This document shows positions 51,301 to 64,000 of a DNA stretch of 64,000 nt, piece after piece. The translations under genes and the position numbers were made by a program. The DNA is from the human T2T-CHM13v2.0 reference genome, Homo sapiens: the NCBI RefSeq assembly GCF_009914755.1, contig NC_060928.1. One strand, given 5' to 3'. The first letter of the stretch is position 1. Every line of letters starts with the position of its first letter. Below the pieces are notes generated by a model. That model did not search any database. It saw only the letters and a program-made list of their open reading frames with translations, and was not told where the DNA came from.

Positions 51301-52690
51301 AATCACACCCAGATAATTCAACTGAAAAGACTTCAGTGAAAAAACTACTGAAGAAGTATGAGTAAGTCTGACAGAACCAAAATGAGATGCCAAGGTGTCT
51401 GGTGTCAATAGCAGTACAGCTTAATGGGGCTGGGTGAGGATTTTACTATACACCTGGTACTGGGTGAGGACTTGAACTGTGGAGTTAGAACTATTGAGAT
51501 TTGATGGACTTCACAAGATCCTTGAAGCAGTGAGTGAGTGGGGATCTCTATATTCTGTTACCCACAATATCTTGTTGGTGTCTCCTTTTGGTCTGAACTT
51601 ACAGGAGTGTCCAGGTGATGCATCCGCATGAGTCTGCCCCACATAGAAGAGCTGGGCAGAAACAGAATCTGGCAGAGCCAATATATGAAACACTAGCACA
51701 ATGGCATCTCTTTCCATAAATTCCAACTACCTGGAAATAACAGTTTAGCATAGTTCCAGGATTTTATTATAATGCTTTAAGTCACCTTAATTCTATTTTA
51801 TAGTTATTCCAATTACTTACAGTCCTGAAACGTGACAAATATCTATCATTTGCCATTGCATTGGCATACATAGTTCTTTCATTTGTTCAAATCTGTTTTA
51901 TAACAGCTATTTGATTTTAAGGAATTTTCTGAGGGTCTTCAATCTGACATTGCAAGAATACCCAATAGATCTTAGATTCCTCTTGACCTCGTGATATCTT
52001 TTCCCTTCTTTTTACAAGACACAAAAGTGAAACAGAGAGAGAAAGGGTGATAAAGCTGAAGGCACTAATATTTCAAAAGGAGTTCAGTCACAATTTCTAC
52101 TTTAAGGTAAAGTTGAAATACTCACTTGCATTATTATTTTTCCTTCACAATCTATTATTTTCATGAGCATGAAAACATATTTAATATCACTCATCTTAAC
52201 ACAGAAGAAAGGGGAAGAAAAGTCATCATTTGAACTCATTCTTTCTCCAGGGATTTCCTCCGTTATATCAAAACTTCAAATCACTATCATCACTTCCTGT
52301 CCTCCAAATCTCCAATTAACCAATGTAATCAGGCAAATTTTCTTACCACTTTACAGAAAAATTTTTTTTAAAGTTATCAATAATCTCTATGCTACTTAGT
52401 CCAGTCGTCAAGTTTAATTTCATAATTAGCAGCATTAGGCGTAAATGATCATTCAATTCTTTCTTAATCATTCCTTCCCTTGTATTCTGGGATACCATTT
52501 CCTTTTGGTTTTCCTCCTATCTTGCTCAGTGAGATTACTTTCTCAGTTTTCTTTGCTTCTCTCTCACTTTACTGACTACTCAAATTTGTGTGACCTGTTG
52601 CTTGAGGTTTGTATTTTTTTTTCTATCTACATTTCATTCTCAAGATGATGTCTATAAACTTTAAATTCTAACCCAGATGACTCTTCTGAA

Positions 52691-52979
52691 TTATTTATTT
52701 ATTTATTTATTCATTTATTTGAGACAGAGTCTCATTCTGTCACCCAGGCTAGAGTACAAACTCCGTCTCCCAGGTTCAAGTGACTTTTGTGCCTCAGTTG
52801 CTGGAGTAGCTGGGATTACAGGCGTGCGCCGCCACCCCCGGATGATTTTTTTGTATTTTTAGTAGAAATAGGGTTTCGCCCTGTTGGTGAGGCTGGTTTC
52901 AAACTCCTGACCTCAAGTCATCCACCAGCCTCAGCTTCCCAAAGTGCTGGGATTACAGGCATAAGTCACCGCACACAGC
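52691..52979 (-). mobile_element. AluS with (TTTA)n tail and a right-arm deletion
   Basis: Dimeric Alu with TSD tgactct(t/c)ctgaatt (52678-52692 and 52982-52996). Confidence 0.93.
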
Positions 52980-53089
52980 TGTGACTCTCCTGAATTCTAT
53001 ACCCAAATAGACAACTCTGTATTTGGCATCATTTCTTTGATGTCTAATAAGAATTACAAACTTGGCATGTGTAAATATAAGTGTATTCT

Positions 53090-53480
53090 GATGAATCCTA
53101 AGCCATTAAACAAATATCTCCAGCTTTCTGACACATGGTAAAATAACACCTGTAGACCCCTTTTGAGTATAAATGTAGAAAGTACATTTGCTTTGGCAAA
53201 TGAAGTATAAGTTATGAGTTTTGTTTCTGGAAAGAAGCTTTAAGATTTAGTGCATGAACCAGTATGTTTCCCGACCTGTGCCACAGTGATTATTCAAACG
53301 CTCATCAGTGTGGACCTTCCTCAGCCTGGGCCTGCGAGTACCTATGACAAGCAGAACTTTTGCTTGTTGATTTTCTTCGGACATGTGTCAAAGCCTGAAA
53401 TGAATGTTTATTGTTTTTAGCACCTGAGATTTTGAAGTTGCTTGTTATCACAACATAACTTAGACTATTCTGACAAATAT
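53090..53480 (+). mobile_element. Old MaLR LTR (MLT1H-J-like)
   Basis: 'ttctggaaagaagctttaag', 'cagcctgggcctgcgagt' and 'ctgagattttgaagttgcttgttatcacaacataac...ctgacaaata'. Confidence 0.65.
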
Positions 53481-56400
53481 GCATTTCTGAATGTGCCCTT
53501 TCTCTAGTTTTTAAAAATTTTAGTCTGACACAACTTTACTCTTCTAGGTAGACCTAAATCATGAAATTATCCTAGACTCCTCTTTTACTAATATTGCACA
53601 TCTAATCAATCACCAAATATTGTTATCTCTATCTTCAAAATGTATCTACTTCTCACCGTTTACTGTTTGAACCTACCTGAAGGAACTATAGAATCTACTA
53701 TCCTTGACTGGATTTTTACAGTAGCCTCCAACTGTTCTTCACATCCTTTCCTTCTTCTCAACTGAGTAGCCATAATGAGTCTTGTAAAGACAGATTATAT
53801 AATTCCACTCACTGATCAAAGCCTTCCAATCACTTCCTATCTTAACCAGTGGAAAGCCAAATTACTGCAAAACCTTTAAGGTCTGGCCTCTCTAACTTCA
53901 CAGGCCCTTATCCTCAGTAGGCTTCTTGCTATTCCTTTAACATGAGCCAAATATGTTGTCCTCTCCAGATATTTTTCCTTACCAAATCCTCTATCTAATG
54001 TATTTCCTCTGACCGTTTCTTTAATTTGGCACTCATCAGTGTATCTTCCAACAGCTATAAACAGCATTTTCTCCCACTTGCAGAACTTCTTATATTCTTA
54101 CCTCTGATTATTTTCTTCCATGGCATTTATATAGCCTGAACCTTATTTATTTATGTATTTACTTTTTTTATTGTCTCTTTCATTCACTACAGTATAAGCT
54201 TTTTCAGAATAGGGCAATGGCTGGCACAAAGTACAAGTTTGATAAATAAACAGTGAATTAAAGGTAAATAATTTATTTGAATTTGTTAACAGCTTGGATG
54301 GAAAATCAATTTACTCTCAAAGGTCATTTATTGTCTGTTGGTTGTGATTATCTAAGGATTTGTGGAGTGGATACAGAAGTCACATACTGGCTCAGTGGAA
54401 AGTGTATCATGATTACTTAGAGGTGTCTTCCATAACTTCAGGACGGTTGATATTTGCCTGTCTCCAAAATTTCTCATACAAAAGTAAAACGTGTAACCTT
54501 TGCGTTAATACTTAACTCTGATTTCTAATCAGAGATTTTAAGAGCTTAGTCACTCATAGTGGTGGTGGTGATGGTGAAGGCAGAAGGGGATATTAATTAC
54601 CGACTTGATACACTTAAGAGCTTCCAAAATCACCGTGGTGACCTTAGAAACCCATTTCCTCACATATTCAGCTTCTTTCTTTCTTTCTCTTTTCATGATT
54701 TTCTCTCTTTTGTTGTGCTTTCCTCTATTTTTTACTCCCCCGCCTACATTTTTGTCTTTTCTGTGAAGTCATTTGGTTGCATTCCCAGATACTATTTAGC
54801 CCTACTGACAGTAATATCAACTAATGATATTTTTCCTTCTGTTCTACTTAAGTTAAAAATGATCTAATTGCTACCATCATCAACAAATTAATTTCTAAAT
54901 TATGCAATATTCTCAGATTAATATTGCATGCCAATACTCTTCTGTCCTAAAATAAGGCATCAAAATTATCTAATGGAATTCCAGGACTACCTTTTATGTG
55001 TGCTAGCACAGTTCTTTGCATAAAGAGGTAAACATTTGTTGAATAAATGTTGTAAATAATTTGTGGCTAGCTGCTCTATCCCAATCGTTTTCTGTGGACT
55101 GCAACACATTTTTAAAGAAATTTTATGCAAAACAACACAAAAACACAATTTTGATCAAACTGTGTCACAAACTTAGGTCTTATAAAATTATAGAATTATG
55201 GTTTTGAGGCCCATATATACTTAATTAGTGCATATTGTCTCTATTTTAGCCTCTCTTTAGCATCAGATAGTCTGAGATCTTAAAATGGTCAAATAGCAAA
55301 ATTTTACAATTATATAAATCATATCCTACATTAACATCAAGGGCAAATATCAAGTGAGAATTATCAAAAGTAATCCTTTCTAAAACTATAGAAGTGACAT
55401 GCTGTTTTTAGTAATTTTTAAAAATTTTTTATAAGAAATTATTTTTGAAATATTTGAAATTAGCTTTACTTTGTGTATCTAAACGGGAAAAAAAAGCCAA
55501 AGAAAAATTGTTGTAAATGTAAAATAATCGCACCATTTTATATCAACCTTCCTATCATCAGTTACTACATTCAACTAGTTCAAGTGTATATCAATTCATT
55601 CCTTATTAATACTCAAACCCTCTCAATGTTAAATCTGTAAAAATGCTAAGGATACAACACTTAGTAAGACTGGGTCTTGGCCTTAAGAAATCTGCAGTCT
55701 GGCAGATAATAAAACATGTAAACCAATACGCCTAACAAAATATTATGAAGTTCCAAGACTTGACAGGAAACAATTTTAGGAAAGCACAAATTGTATTAAG
55801 CTGAAACTGATTTAATTTAAATTTCATTCTACTCAGGACTCCAATTTCAATGTTTAATTCAACCCCAATACTTTATATGTGACTTTTTTCCTTGTATATT
55901 TTGATTTGTTTTTCTTTTATTTTAAGCCACTCAGAGCTATAAATTTTTCTTACTTTTTTATGCATATATAAAGTAAGCTCTGTTTTTAGAATATTTCAAA
56001 GGATAAATAAACCGATTATTTTGCCTACCACAACAAAGCTGTAGCTAATCAATTAGGGTTGATTGATCTTGAAAGTCCATTCTCTAGAGTTAGGGAAAGT
56101 TCTCCTATATTTGTAAAATGGTAATGTAATTTAGAGACTTAAGTATGATTATGAAAGAGCATTAGTTTAACCAAGTACCTATGAAATGTTGTAAATAGAC
56201 TTTGAACACAAACAAAACATAATCTACAAATAGAAAAATAAAAAAATGTGGGAAATGTAAAAATCCAAAACTTTGAATTTAAAGAAAGAGATATTTTTTC
56301 ACTTCCATGAGAATATAAAATAAACATGCATAAGACAGTAAGTGTAATATAGATGTACACTCATTTTACTGAGGATAGATTTGTTTTCAAAGCTTATACA

Positions 56401-56599
56401 ACTTGAAATGGGTATAGTTTTTCGGTGGTAAACTATAGTCTTAACATTGACATCTAAAAACCTAAGTTCAATATATCAAATTTTGTGCTAGCCATCTTGT
56501 ACTGGAAAAGTTGTTTAACATCTGAAAATGTTAATTCTCTTGCTTTAGAGTACAAATACTTTACCTCTAACATCACTGTTTCAAATCCGAATGAAATCA

Positions 56600-57020
56600 T
56601 GTATATAAAACCATTATATACTTCTTTTTTAATGAGATAGTTCCTGAAATGTAAGGACAGATTTTTTCCCTTTTTTTAAAAATCAGAATAATAGGAATTT
56701 TATGTTCTTCTTTTCTACTTTTACATTGTGTTATTAAATGTTCAGTAAGATTTTTCTGGCTCCATATTATTCTATATGATGGTTGCATTACACTTTCCTT
56801 AACTATTCCATTATTGCTAAATATTTATATTGTTTCCAATTGTTCGTTTATATATAATGTTCTTCCAAACATTCTTATTCTGGAGCTTGTGTACATCTTT
56901 GATATTATTTTCCTTCTAAAAAATTCACAGATGAATTACTAAATGAAGAGATTATTTTTAAGGTTTTTGTTACAGATTGACAAATTGCTTCTAAGAATAG
57001 TATTATGGATTTATAGTAAA
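56600..57020 (-). mobile_element. L1ME-type fragment
   Basis: 'ttaactattccattattg...ttgtttccaatt...cagattgacaaattgcttcta'. Confidence 0.55.
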
Positions 57021-57855
57021 TGAGAGAAACAAGATTTGAGACCACATATACTTAACTCTAAAACTCATGCTCTTTTTCTAACATAAAGTCCTTGTATTTG
57101 AAAGACTACGAGTGAAGGCTAATAGACATAGCCTTACAAATATTACATATAAAACAGAAATAGATTTATATAGCTTTCTCCTTAAGTAGTCATTGATGAG
57201 CCAAGCACATTTAGTGAACGTAATTGTCATGGAAATGGTATAATGTTAACCAAGTATGTGTACCTCTTGTAGTCAACCTTTAAATGGGAATGCAACTTGA
57301 ACTTACATAATTTAGAAGAGTAGATGAATAGTACATGCTTTAAACTAGCTATCTAAAGTTCACTTACTATACACATGCATTTTTAGAAGTAGGATGGCAG
57401 ACAACTTAGCAGACAGGTTGTATTTTTGGTGAGTGCCTGAGAAATGGTTACTTATATTTTGAAAATATTTTACATTTCTATAACCAGAATGACCCCTGGC
57501 TTATAACAAGGAGTCAATAAATATTTGATAAATATAGGATAAATAATAGGAGAGACATACATTTTAGAAATCAGACCAAAAAACTGTGTGGCTGAAAATT
57601 TGAAAGCCTGATGAGAATAATTGTCCTGATGGAAGAGCAGTTTCCTATCATGTCAAGGCAGGTTTGCATGCCACCATGGGCAAAGTGCAAACTTCTTCAG
57701 ACACATGTGTAATTCAATTTTTAATCTATTGGGAATATAAGTATAAAAATTAAAAGAAAATAAAATTTCTATAACCTTTGGGCAATGATAGACAAAAAAA
57801 GAAGGGTTGGAACTGTGCTCTGCCTGCTAATGGAATTTCACCTCACAGAGGAGCT

Positions 57856-58221
57856 TGTATTAGTCCATTCTCATCCTGCTATGAAGAAATACCCAAGACT
57901 GGGTAATTTATGAAGAAAGAGATTTAATTGGCTCACAGTTTCTCATTGCTGGGGAGGCCTCAGGAAACTTACAATCATGATGGAGAAGCAGGTGCCTTCT
58001 TCACAGGGTGGCAGGATGGAGTGACTGCAGGTAGGGGTAATGCCAGACACTGATAAAACCATCAGATCTCAGGAGAACTTATGCACTATCATGAAAACAG
58101 CAGAGGGGAACTACCCCCATTATCTGATTACCTCCACCTCTTTCTGCCCTTGACACATGGGGATTATGGGGTTTACAATTCAAGATGAGATTTTTGGTGG
58201 AGACACTGCCAAAAAATATCA
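57856..58221 (-). mobile_element. THE1 solo LTR (THE1C/D-like)
   Basis: 'tgtattagtccattctcat...gaaatacccaagactgggtaattta...caattcaagatgagattt...atatca'. Perfect 5-bp TSD gagct. Confidence 0.95.
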
Positions 58222-58674
58222 GAGCTACAATACATTCTATCTTATCATGTATAGCCTAGTGGTAAAACCATGAACTTCTGAGCCAGAATGTCTGGCTTCA
58301 AATCTTTGCTGTACCCCTTGTTGCTGCTATTAGGTTTCAATGTCATTAAATGTGTTTCTACACCACTTGTATATGTTATGTGCTAAGAGTAATATACTAG
58401 AAAATTTGATGTAAAACTGAATCATTTGCAGGAGCAAACAAAAGACAAATTAGAGTAAGATTTAAAGGAAATATGCATGAATTATATAAATAACCAAAAA
58501 TGATTCAATAATTTTTTCAAAGCTATGTCCTCAACATTAATCTAGGTATTGCAGTAAAACAGTGAATAAGACAGATAAAAATCTTTGCCCTCATAATTCC
58601 TATATTCTAGTGAAGGAAGACATATAATAAAAATACATAAATTTTTAAAAAACTAAATAGATGATAGATAAATA

Positions 58675-59173
58675 GTTTATTAGAGTTCGCCAAAGAAATA
58701 GAACCAATAGAGCGTATAAATACATAGAAAGAGATTTACTGTAAGGAATTGTCTCATGTGATAATGGAGGCTGAGTCCCATGATTTGCAGTTGAAAAGCT
58801 GGACATTCAAAGGAAACGCTGGTGTGGTTACAGCCCAAAGGTCAGCAGGCTCAAGACACAGGAAAAGTTGATGCTTAAGTTCAAGTCCAAAGGCAGGAAA
58901 ACAAACAAACAAACAAACAAATAATGTCCCATAGCCAAAGGTAGTCAGACAGAAAAAAATTTCCTCTTCTTTGGGGGAAGGTTATTGTTTTTGTTCTATT
59001 CAGGTATTCAAATGATTGGATGAGTCCTACTCACTTTCAGGAGGGCAATGTACTTTCCAAAAATGTTATTATTATCCCAAAACATCTTCATAGAACCACC
59101 CAACATAATGTCTGATCAAATATCTGGGTACATCATGGCCCAGTCAACTTAACACATACAATTAACCATCACA
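58675..59173 (-). mobile_element. ERVL solo LTR, MLT2C-like
   Basis: 'agaaatagaaccaataga...gagatttactgtaaggaattg' and end 'ggcccagtcaacttaacacatacaattaaccatcaca'. Confidence 0.85.
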
Positions 59174-59726
59174 GGTAGATATATAGATAGGTAGATAGAT
59201 TAATTTATGAAGTGCTAGAATGTGATAACTTGTTTGAAAAAAAGTAAACCAAAGTAGGAGAAATTGGAAATGGCAAGGAGATGAGGATGCAATTTTAACT
59301 CACCCTTACCGATAAAATGATATTTAAAAAGACGTGAAGGAGATAAGGGCATAAGTCATAAAGATATATGCATAAAAGCATTCCAGGCAGAGGATACAGC
59401 TAATGCAAAGGCATTGAGATTGGAGTATACTTTCTGTGTTTGATAAACAACCAAAAGGTCACTGTGGCTACAAAGAAAAGAAGAGGAGGTGAAGATGGCA
59501 ATGAGGGGAGAGGCAGGTGAATGTGACCATGTAGTCCCTTGTAGGCCGTTATAAGGACTTTTGTTTGATGTGAGTGAATGCAGAACAATTGCAGGGTTTT
59601 GAGTTGAACAGTATCTTGGTTTGATTCATGCTGTGAAAGGATCACTCCAGTTACTCAGTGGAGCATAATGTAGGGTGGGCTGGTAGGCAAATGTGGAAGA
59701 AAAAAGCCAGTTGGAGTTTAAATCTA

Positions 59727-62029
59727 TGATATAGTTTGGCTGTGTCCCCACCCTAATCTCATTTTGAATTGTAAAAATCCCCAAGTATCAAGGGGGGGCC
59801 TGGTAGAGATAATCAAATCATTGGGGCTGTTTCCCCAATACTGTACTTATGGTAGTGAATAAGTTTCATGAGATCTGATGGTTTTATAAATGAGAGTCTC
59901 CCTGCACAACCTCTCTTGCCTGCCACCATGTAAGATATGCATTTGCTTCTCCTTTGCCTTCTGTCATCATTGTGAGGCCTCCCTAGCCATGTGGAACTGC
60001 GAGTCCATTAAACCTCTTTCCTTTATAAATCACCCAGTCTTGAATATGTATTTATTAGCAGGGTGAGAGCAGACTAACGCAGTAATTTGGTACTGCAGAG
60101 AGTGGGGTGCTGCTGTAAAGATATCTGAAAATATGAAAGTGATTTTAAAACTGGGTAACAGGCAGAGATTGGAATGATTTTTGAGGGCTCAGAAGAAGCT
60201 AGGAAAATGTGGCAGAGTTTGGAACTTCCTAGAGACTTGGAGGGCTCAGAAGACAGGAAAATGTGGGAAAATTTGGAACTCCCTAGAGACTTTTTGAATG
60301 TCTTTGACCAAAATGATGATAGTAATATGGACAATAAAGTCCAGGCTGACATGATCTCAGATACAGATGAGGAACTTGTGGGAAACTGAAGCAAAGGTAA
60401 CACTTGCTATGCTTTAGCAAAGAGACTGATGGCATTTTGACCCTGACCTAGAGGTCAGTGGAACTTTAAACTTGAGAGAGATGATTTAGGGTATCTGGTG
60501 GAAGTAATTTCTAAGTGCCAAAGTGTTCAAGAGGAAGCAGAGTATAAAAGTTTGGAAAATTTGTAGGCTGACAATGCAACAGAAAAGAAAAACCCATTTT
60601 CTGGGAAGAAACTCAAGCCAGCTGCAGAAATTTGCATAAGTAATGAGGAGCCAAATGCTAATCACCAAGACAATGGGGAAAATGTCTCCAGGCATGTCAG
60701 AGACCTTCACAGCAGCCCCTCACATCACATGCCTGAAGGCCTAGGAGGGAAAAATGGTTCCCTGGGCTGGGCTCAAGGTCATTCTGCTGTGTGGATAGTA
60801 AGGAATTGGTGCCCTGTGTCCCAACTGTTCCAGCTGTGGACAAAAGGGGCCAAGGTACAGCTCAGGCCATGGTTTCAGAGGGTGCAAGCCCCAAGCCTTG
60901 GCAGCTTCCATGTGGTGTTGAGCCTGCAGGTGCACAGAAGTCAAGAATTGAGATTTGGGAACATCCACCTAGATTTCAGAGGTTGGACGGAAATGCCTGG
61001 ATGTCCAGGCAATGCTTTGCTGAAGGGGCAGAGCTCTCACAGAGAACCTCTGATAGGGTAGTGTGGAAGGGAAATGTGGGGTCAGAGCCCCCACACAGAG
61101 TCGCCACTAGAGCACTGCCTAGTGGAGCTGTGAGAAGAAGGCCACCATCCTCTAGACCCCAGAATGGTACATTCACCAACAACTTGCATCGTGTTCCAGG
61201 AAAAGGCTGCAGACACTCAAGAGCAGCCCATAAAAGCAGCCAGGAGGCAAGCTGTACCTTGAAATGCCACAGGGGCAGAGCTGCCTAAGGCCCTGGGAGC
61301 CCACCTCTTGCATCAACAAGCCCTAGATGTGAGGCATGGAGTCAAAGGAGATCATTTTGGAGCTTTAAGATTTGTCTGCCCCACTGGATTTTCAATTTGG
61401 ATAGGGAGTGTAGCCCCTTAGTTTTGGCCTATTTTTCCCATTTAGAATGAGTGCATTTACCCAATGCCTGTACCTCCATGGTATCTAGGAAGTAACTAAC
61501 TTGCCTCTGATTTTACAAGCCCATAGGCAGAATGGACTTGCATCATCTCAGATGTGACTTTGGACTTGGACTATGAGTTAATGTTGAAATAAGTTAAGAC
61601 TTTAGGGGACTGTTGGAAAGGCATGATTGGTTTTGAAATGTGAGAACATGAGATGTGGGAGGGTTCAAGGGTGGAATACTGTGGCTTGGCTCTGTCTCCA
61701 CCCTCAAATTGTAATAATTCCCATGTGTCAAGGTTGGGGCCAAGTGGAGATAATTAAATCATGGGGGTGGTTTTTCCCACACTGTTCTCGTAGTAGTGAA
61801 TAAGTCTTTTGAGTCTGATGGTTTTATAAATGAGAGTTTTCCTGCACAAACTCTCTTGCCTACTGCCATGCAAGATATGCATTTACTTCTCTTTTGCCTT
61901 CTGCCCTCAGTGTGAGGCCTCCCCAGTCATGTGGAAATTGTGAGTCCATTAAACCTCTTTCCTTTATAAATTACCCAGTCTTTGGTATGTCTTATATCTT
62001 TATTAGCAGCATGAGAACAGACTAATGCA
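59727..62029 (+). mobile_element. Complete THE1 (THE1B/C-like) MaLR element: 5' LTR 59727-60081, internal 60082-61676, 3' LTR 61677-62029
   Basis: Two direct LTRs of about 355 bp, a polypurine tract before the 3' LTR, a THE1-int sequence with ORF remnants and a perfect 5-bp TSD atcta (59722-59726 and 62030-62034). Confidence 0.97.
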
Positions 62030-62399
62030 ATCTAGAAAAGAAATAATGGTCTAGGGTGACAACAATGTAGCCGGTAAGAAGGGATCCGATGTAGCACATA
62101 TTTTGCAGAAAGAACTAAAAGCATTTCCTGAGAGAATATATGTGAGATTAAAAGTGGGTTAAAGGTTGTGTCTGAGTAACTAAAAGAATGGATTTGCCAT
62201 TAGTTGAATGGGGGAACACTGTATGAGACACCTTTAGGTTGTAGCTAAGGATATGATTATGAGCTTAGAACTGGGCATTACAATTTTGACATGTCTATTA
62301 AGTATCAAAGCAGGGATGTCTAGTAGGGTATGGACATATTGCGAAGAGATGAATGGTTAGGGCTAGAGGTCATTTACACTTAAAATCCATGAAAATTGG

Positions 62400-63430
62400 G
62401 CTTCCAATTGAGATATAGAAAGTGGTAAAGGATCATGAACCCCACCCTAACAAAGAGAAAAAGGCCTTAAAAAAATCTAGAAAACAATATATTTTTAAAA
62501 CCCGTCAGGAGTGTAGGAAGGAAAATTAATCAAAACATCCTCACTCCTAGAAACGAACAATTTCTGACTAGGAGAAAAGTAGCATATAGCCACTATCATC
62601 CCTGGTGCATGGTGAAAAGAGAAACAGAATCCTGTCGATTTAGAAGTAGAACCTAGCTAGTGTACTTTAACAGACACAAATGGGTAGGTGAGAAACATTA
62701 AAATCCTAAAATGCCCAAGATGTACAGTGAAAGTATTTCTATCCATCATTTTTTTTTTCTGAAGGTATCTGACAAGGGAGCCATGGGAGTGCATCAACAG
62801 CTGGGGTAGAGCAGGACAATGAGACAGATATTTCTGAGTCACCTGGGTCATTTGAAAGTGCATGACAGTTTAAAGAAGGCTCAGTGCAAGGTAATAGGGT
62901 GAGATCTCTTCAATATGAGGAAAGTTGGAAGTTGGATTGGAGCCTACAGAGAAATCCTCAGTGGTACATAGAACTGGCAACTGGGCTACAAAAAAGAGGG
63001 AGAGGATATAAAAGAGCAAAAGAAAGTGAAAAAGAGAGGGAGAGAGTGAGAGAGAGAGAGATCTAGAGTCTCAGCTGTGCTCAGATTTCAAGCCCTGCTG
63101 AAGAGTCTCCTGATTCTACACTCAGAGCTTATCAGCTTATGAAGCCAATGGTGATCTAAATTTGACTAAAGCTTCAGCAAATTCTAAACCCAGTTCAAGT
63201 ACAAATTAGATTGGTTTAGATCCCACTTTAAAGAGCTGGCAGAGGAAAGGGCCTGTCTTTGTTGGTGATAAATATTATTTACTTCAGCCTCTATTATTTT
63301 TTAATACTCAATATCTGACATGCAATCAAAAATTATGAAACAGGTGAAGAAGAAAAATGTGACGCATAATCAATTTAAAGGATCAGTTAATGAAAGGAGA
63401 CTCACAAATGAAACATATGTAGATATTACC
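62400..63430 (+). mobile_element. Old L1M 5' UTR/ORF1-proximal fragment
   Basis: 'aaatattatttacttcagcctcta', 'aatatctgacatgcaatcaaaaattatgaaacag...aaaatgtgacgcataatc'. Confidence 0.6.
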
Positions 63431-63432
63431 AG

Positions 63433-63615
63433 TTGTAATAGGCCTCCTCTACCTTGTCTCCCAAAGATCTCCACTCCTAATATTCACCCTGTTGTATAAT
63501 CACATCTTTGTGAGTGTGGGGTGGCCCTAGCAACTCACTTCTAATGAGTAGATCCATTTACAGGCATATCACTTTTAAGATTTCATTACAATGAAGAATG
63601 TGGCTTCTGCCTTAG

Positions 63616-63655
<40 letters not shown>

Positions 63656-64000
63656 CCCATCCCAGCCACCATATGTGAGTTGCCCTATGGAGAATGCCAC
63701 ATGGCGAGAAACTGAAGGGGACCTCTGATCCATAGCCCTTAAGGAACTGAGAACTTCGGTCCAACAGTCCACAAAAAGTTGAAATCCTGTCAACAACCAA
63801 GTGAGTAAACCTGGAAGCAGATCCTTTCATAGAGGAGTCCTCTCCAAGACCACAGCACTAGCTGACACCTTGATTCCAGCCTTGTGAGAGAGCTTGAGCC
63901 TAAGCCACAGATGTATTCATGATCCATACAAACTGTGAGATAATATTTGATAAGTTAATATATTTGGGAGTAATTTGTCATGCAATGATAGATTCAAATA
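63433..64000 (+). mobile_element. MaLR solo LTR, MLT1F-like, containing (CT)n at about 63619-63655
   Basis: 'gttgccctatggagaatgccacatggcgagaaactgaag', 'cctggaagcagatcc', 'gctgacaccttgattccagccttgtgaga' and 'aaactgtgagataa'. Confidence 0.88.

Larger units (their letters stand above)
52150..54260 (+). mobile_element. L2 element, interrupted by an Alu and an old MaLR LTR
   Basis: 'ttttggttttcctcctatct', 'tttctttgatgtctaataag', 'catctaatcaatcaccaaat', 'atcaaagccttccaatcacttcc' and 3' end 'tggctggcacaaagtac'. Confidence 0.75.
58500..62390 (-). mobile_element. L2 element split into three pieces by MLT2 and THE1 insertions
   Basis: L2 3' motif 'gtgaataagacagataaaaatctttgccctcat', then 'gcattccaggcagagga...gcaaaggc', then 'gagtaactaaaagaatggatttgccatt' after the THE1, in colinear order. 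Confidence 0.75.

Noticed and set aside
60174-61288. 71-165 aa ORFs in the THE1 internal region
   Set aside because: They are fragments of the decayed MaLR internal ORF or alternative frames, broken by stops and frameshifts.

Overview
This is AT-rich, CpG-poor primate genomic DNA, most likely human or another ape or Old World monkey, since it contains AluJ, AluS and AluY, THE1 and MER52 elements. It reads as gene-poor intergenic or deep-intronic sequence. No protein-coding gene, RNA gene or CRISPR array can be supported. The longer ORFs in the track come from L1 ORF2 remnants, a MaLR internal ORF remnant, a GC-rich MER52 LTR, Alus and a purine/pyrimidine triplet repeat. Roughly half or more of the window is decayed transposons: about ten Alus/monomers, three multi-kb L1s, split L2s, MIRs, MER5/MER20/Tigger DNA transposons, many solo LTRs (MLT1, MLT2, THE1, MER52, MER67-like, LTR47-like) and one complete two-LTR THE1 element with a perfect 5-bp TSD. 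The most notable observations are candidate + strand non-coding exons (11272-11348, 12043-12143, 45776-45935, 52019-52106), a poly(A)-site-like signature at about 26.7 kb ending a transposon-free stretch, a ~270-bp compound polypyrimidine triplet tract, and a palindrome/duplication scar inside an L1 3' UTR. I found no convincing novel biological system. Repeat subfamily names come from recalled consensus sequences and need RepeatMasker/Dfam confirmation.
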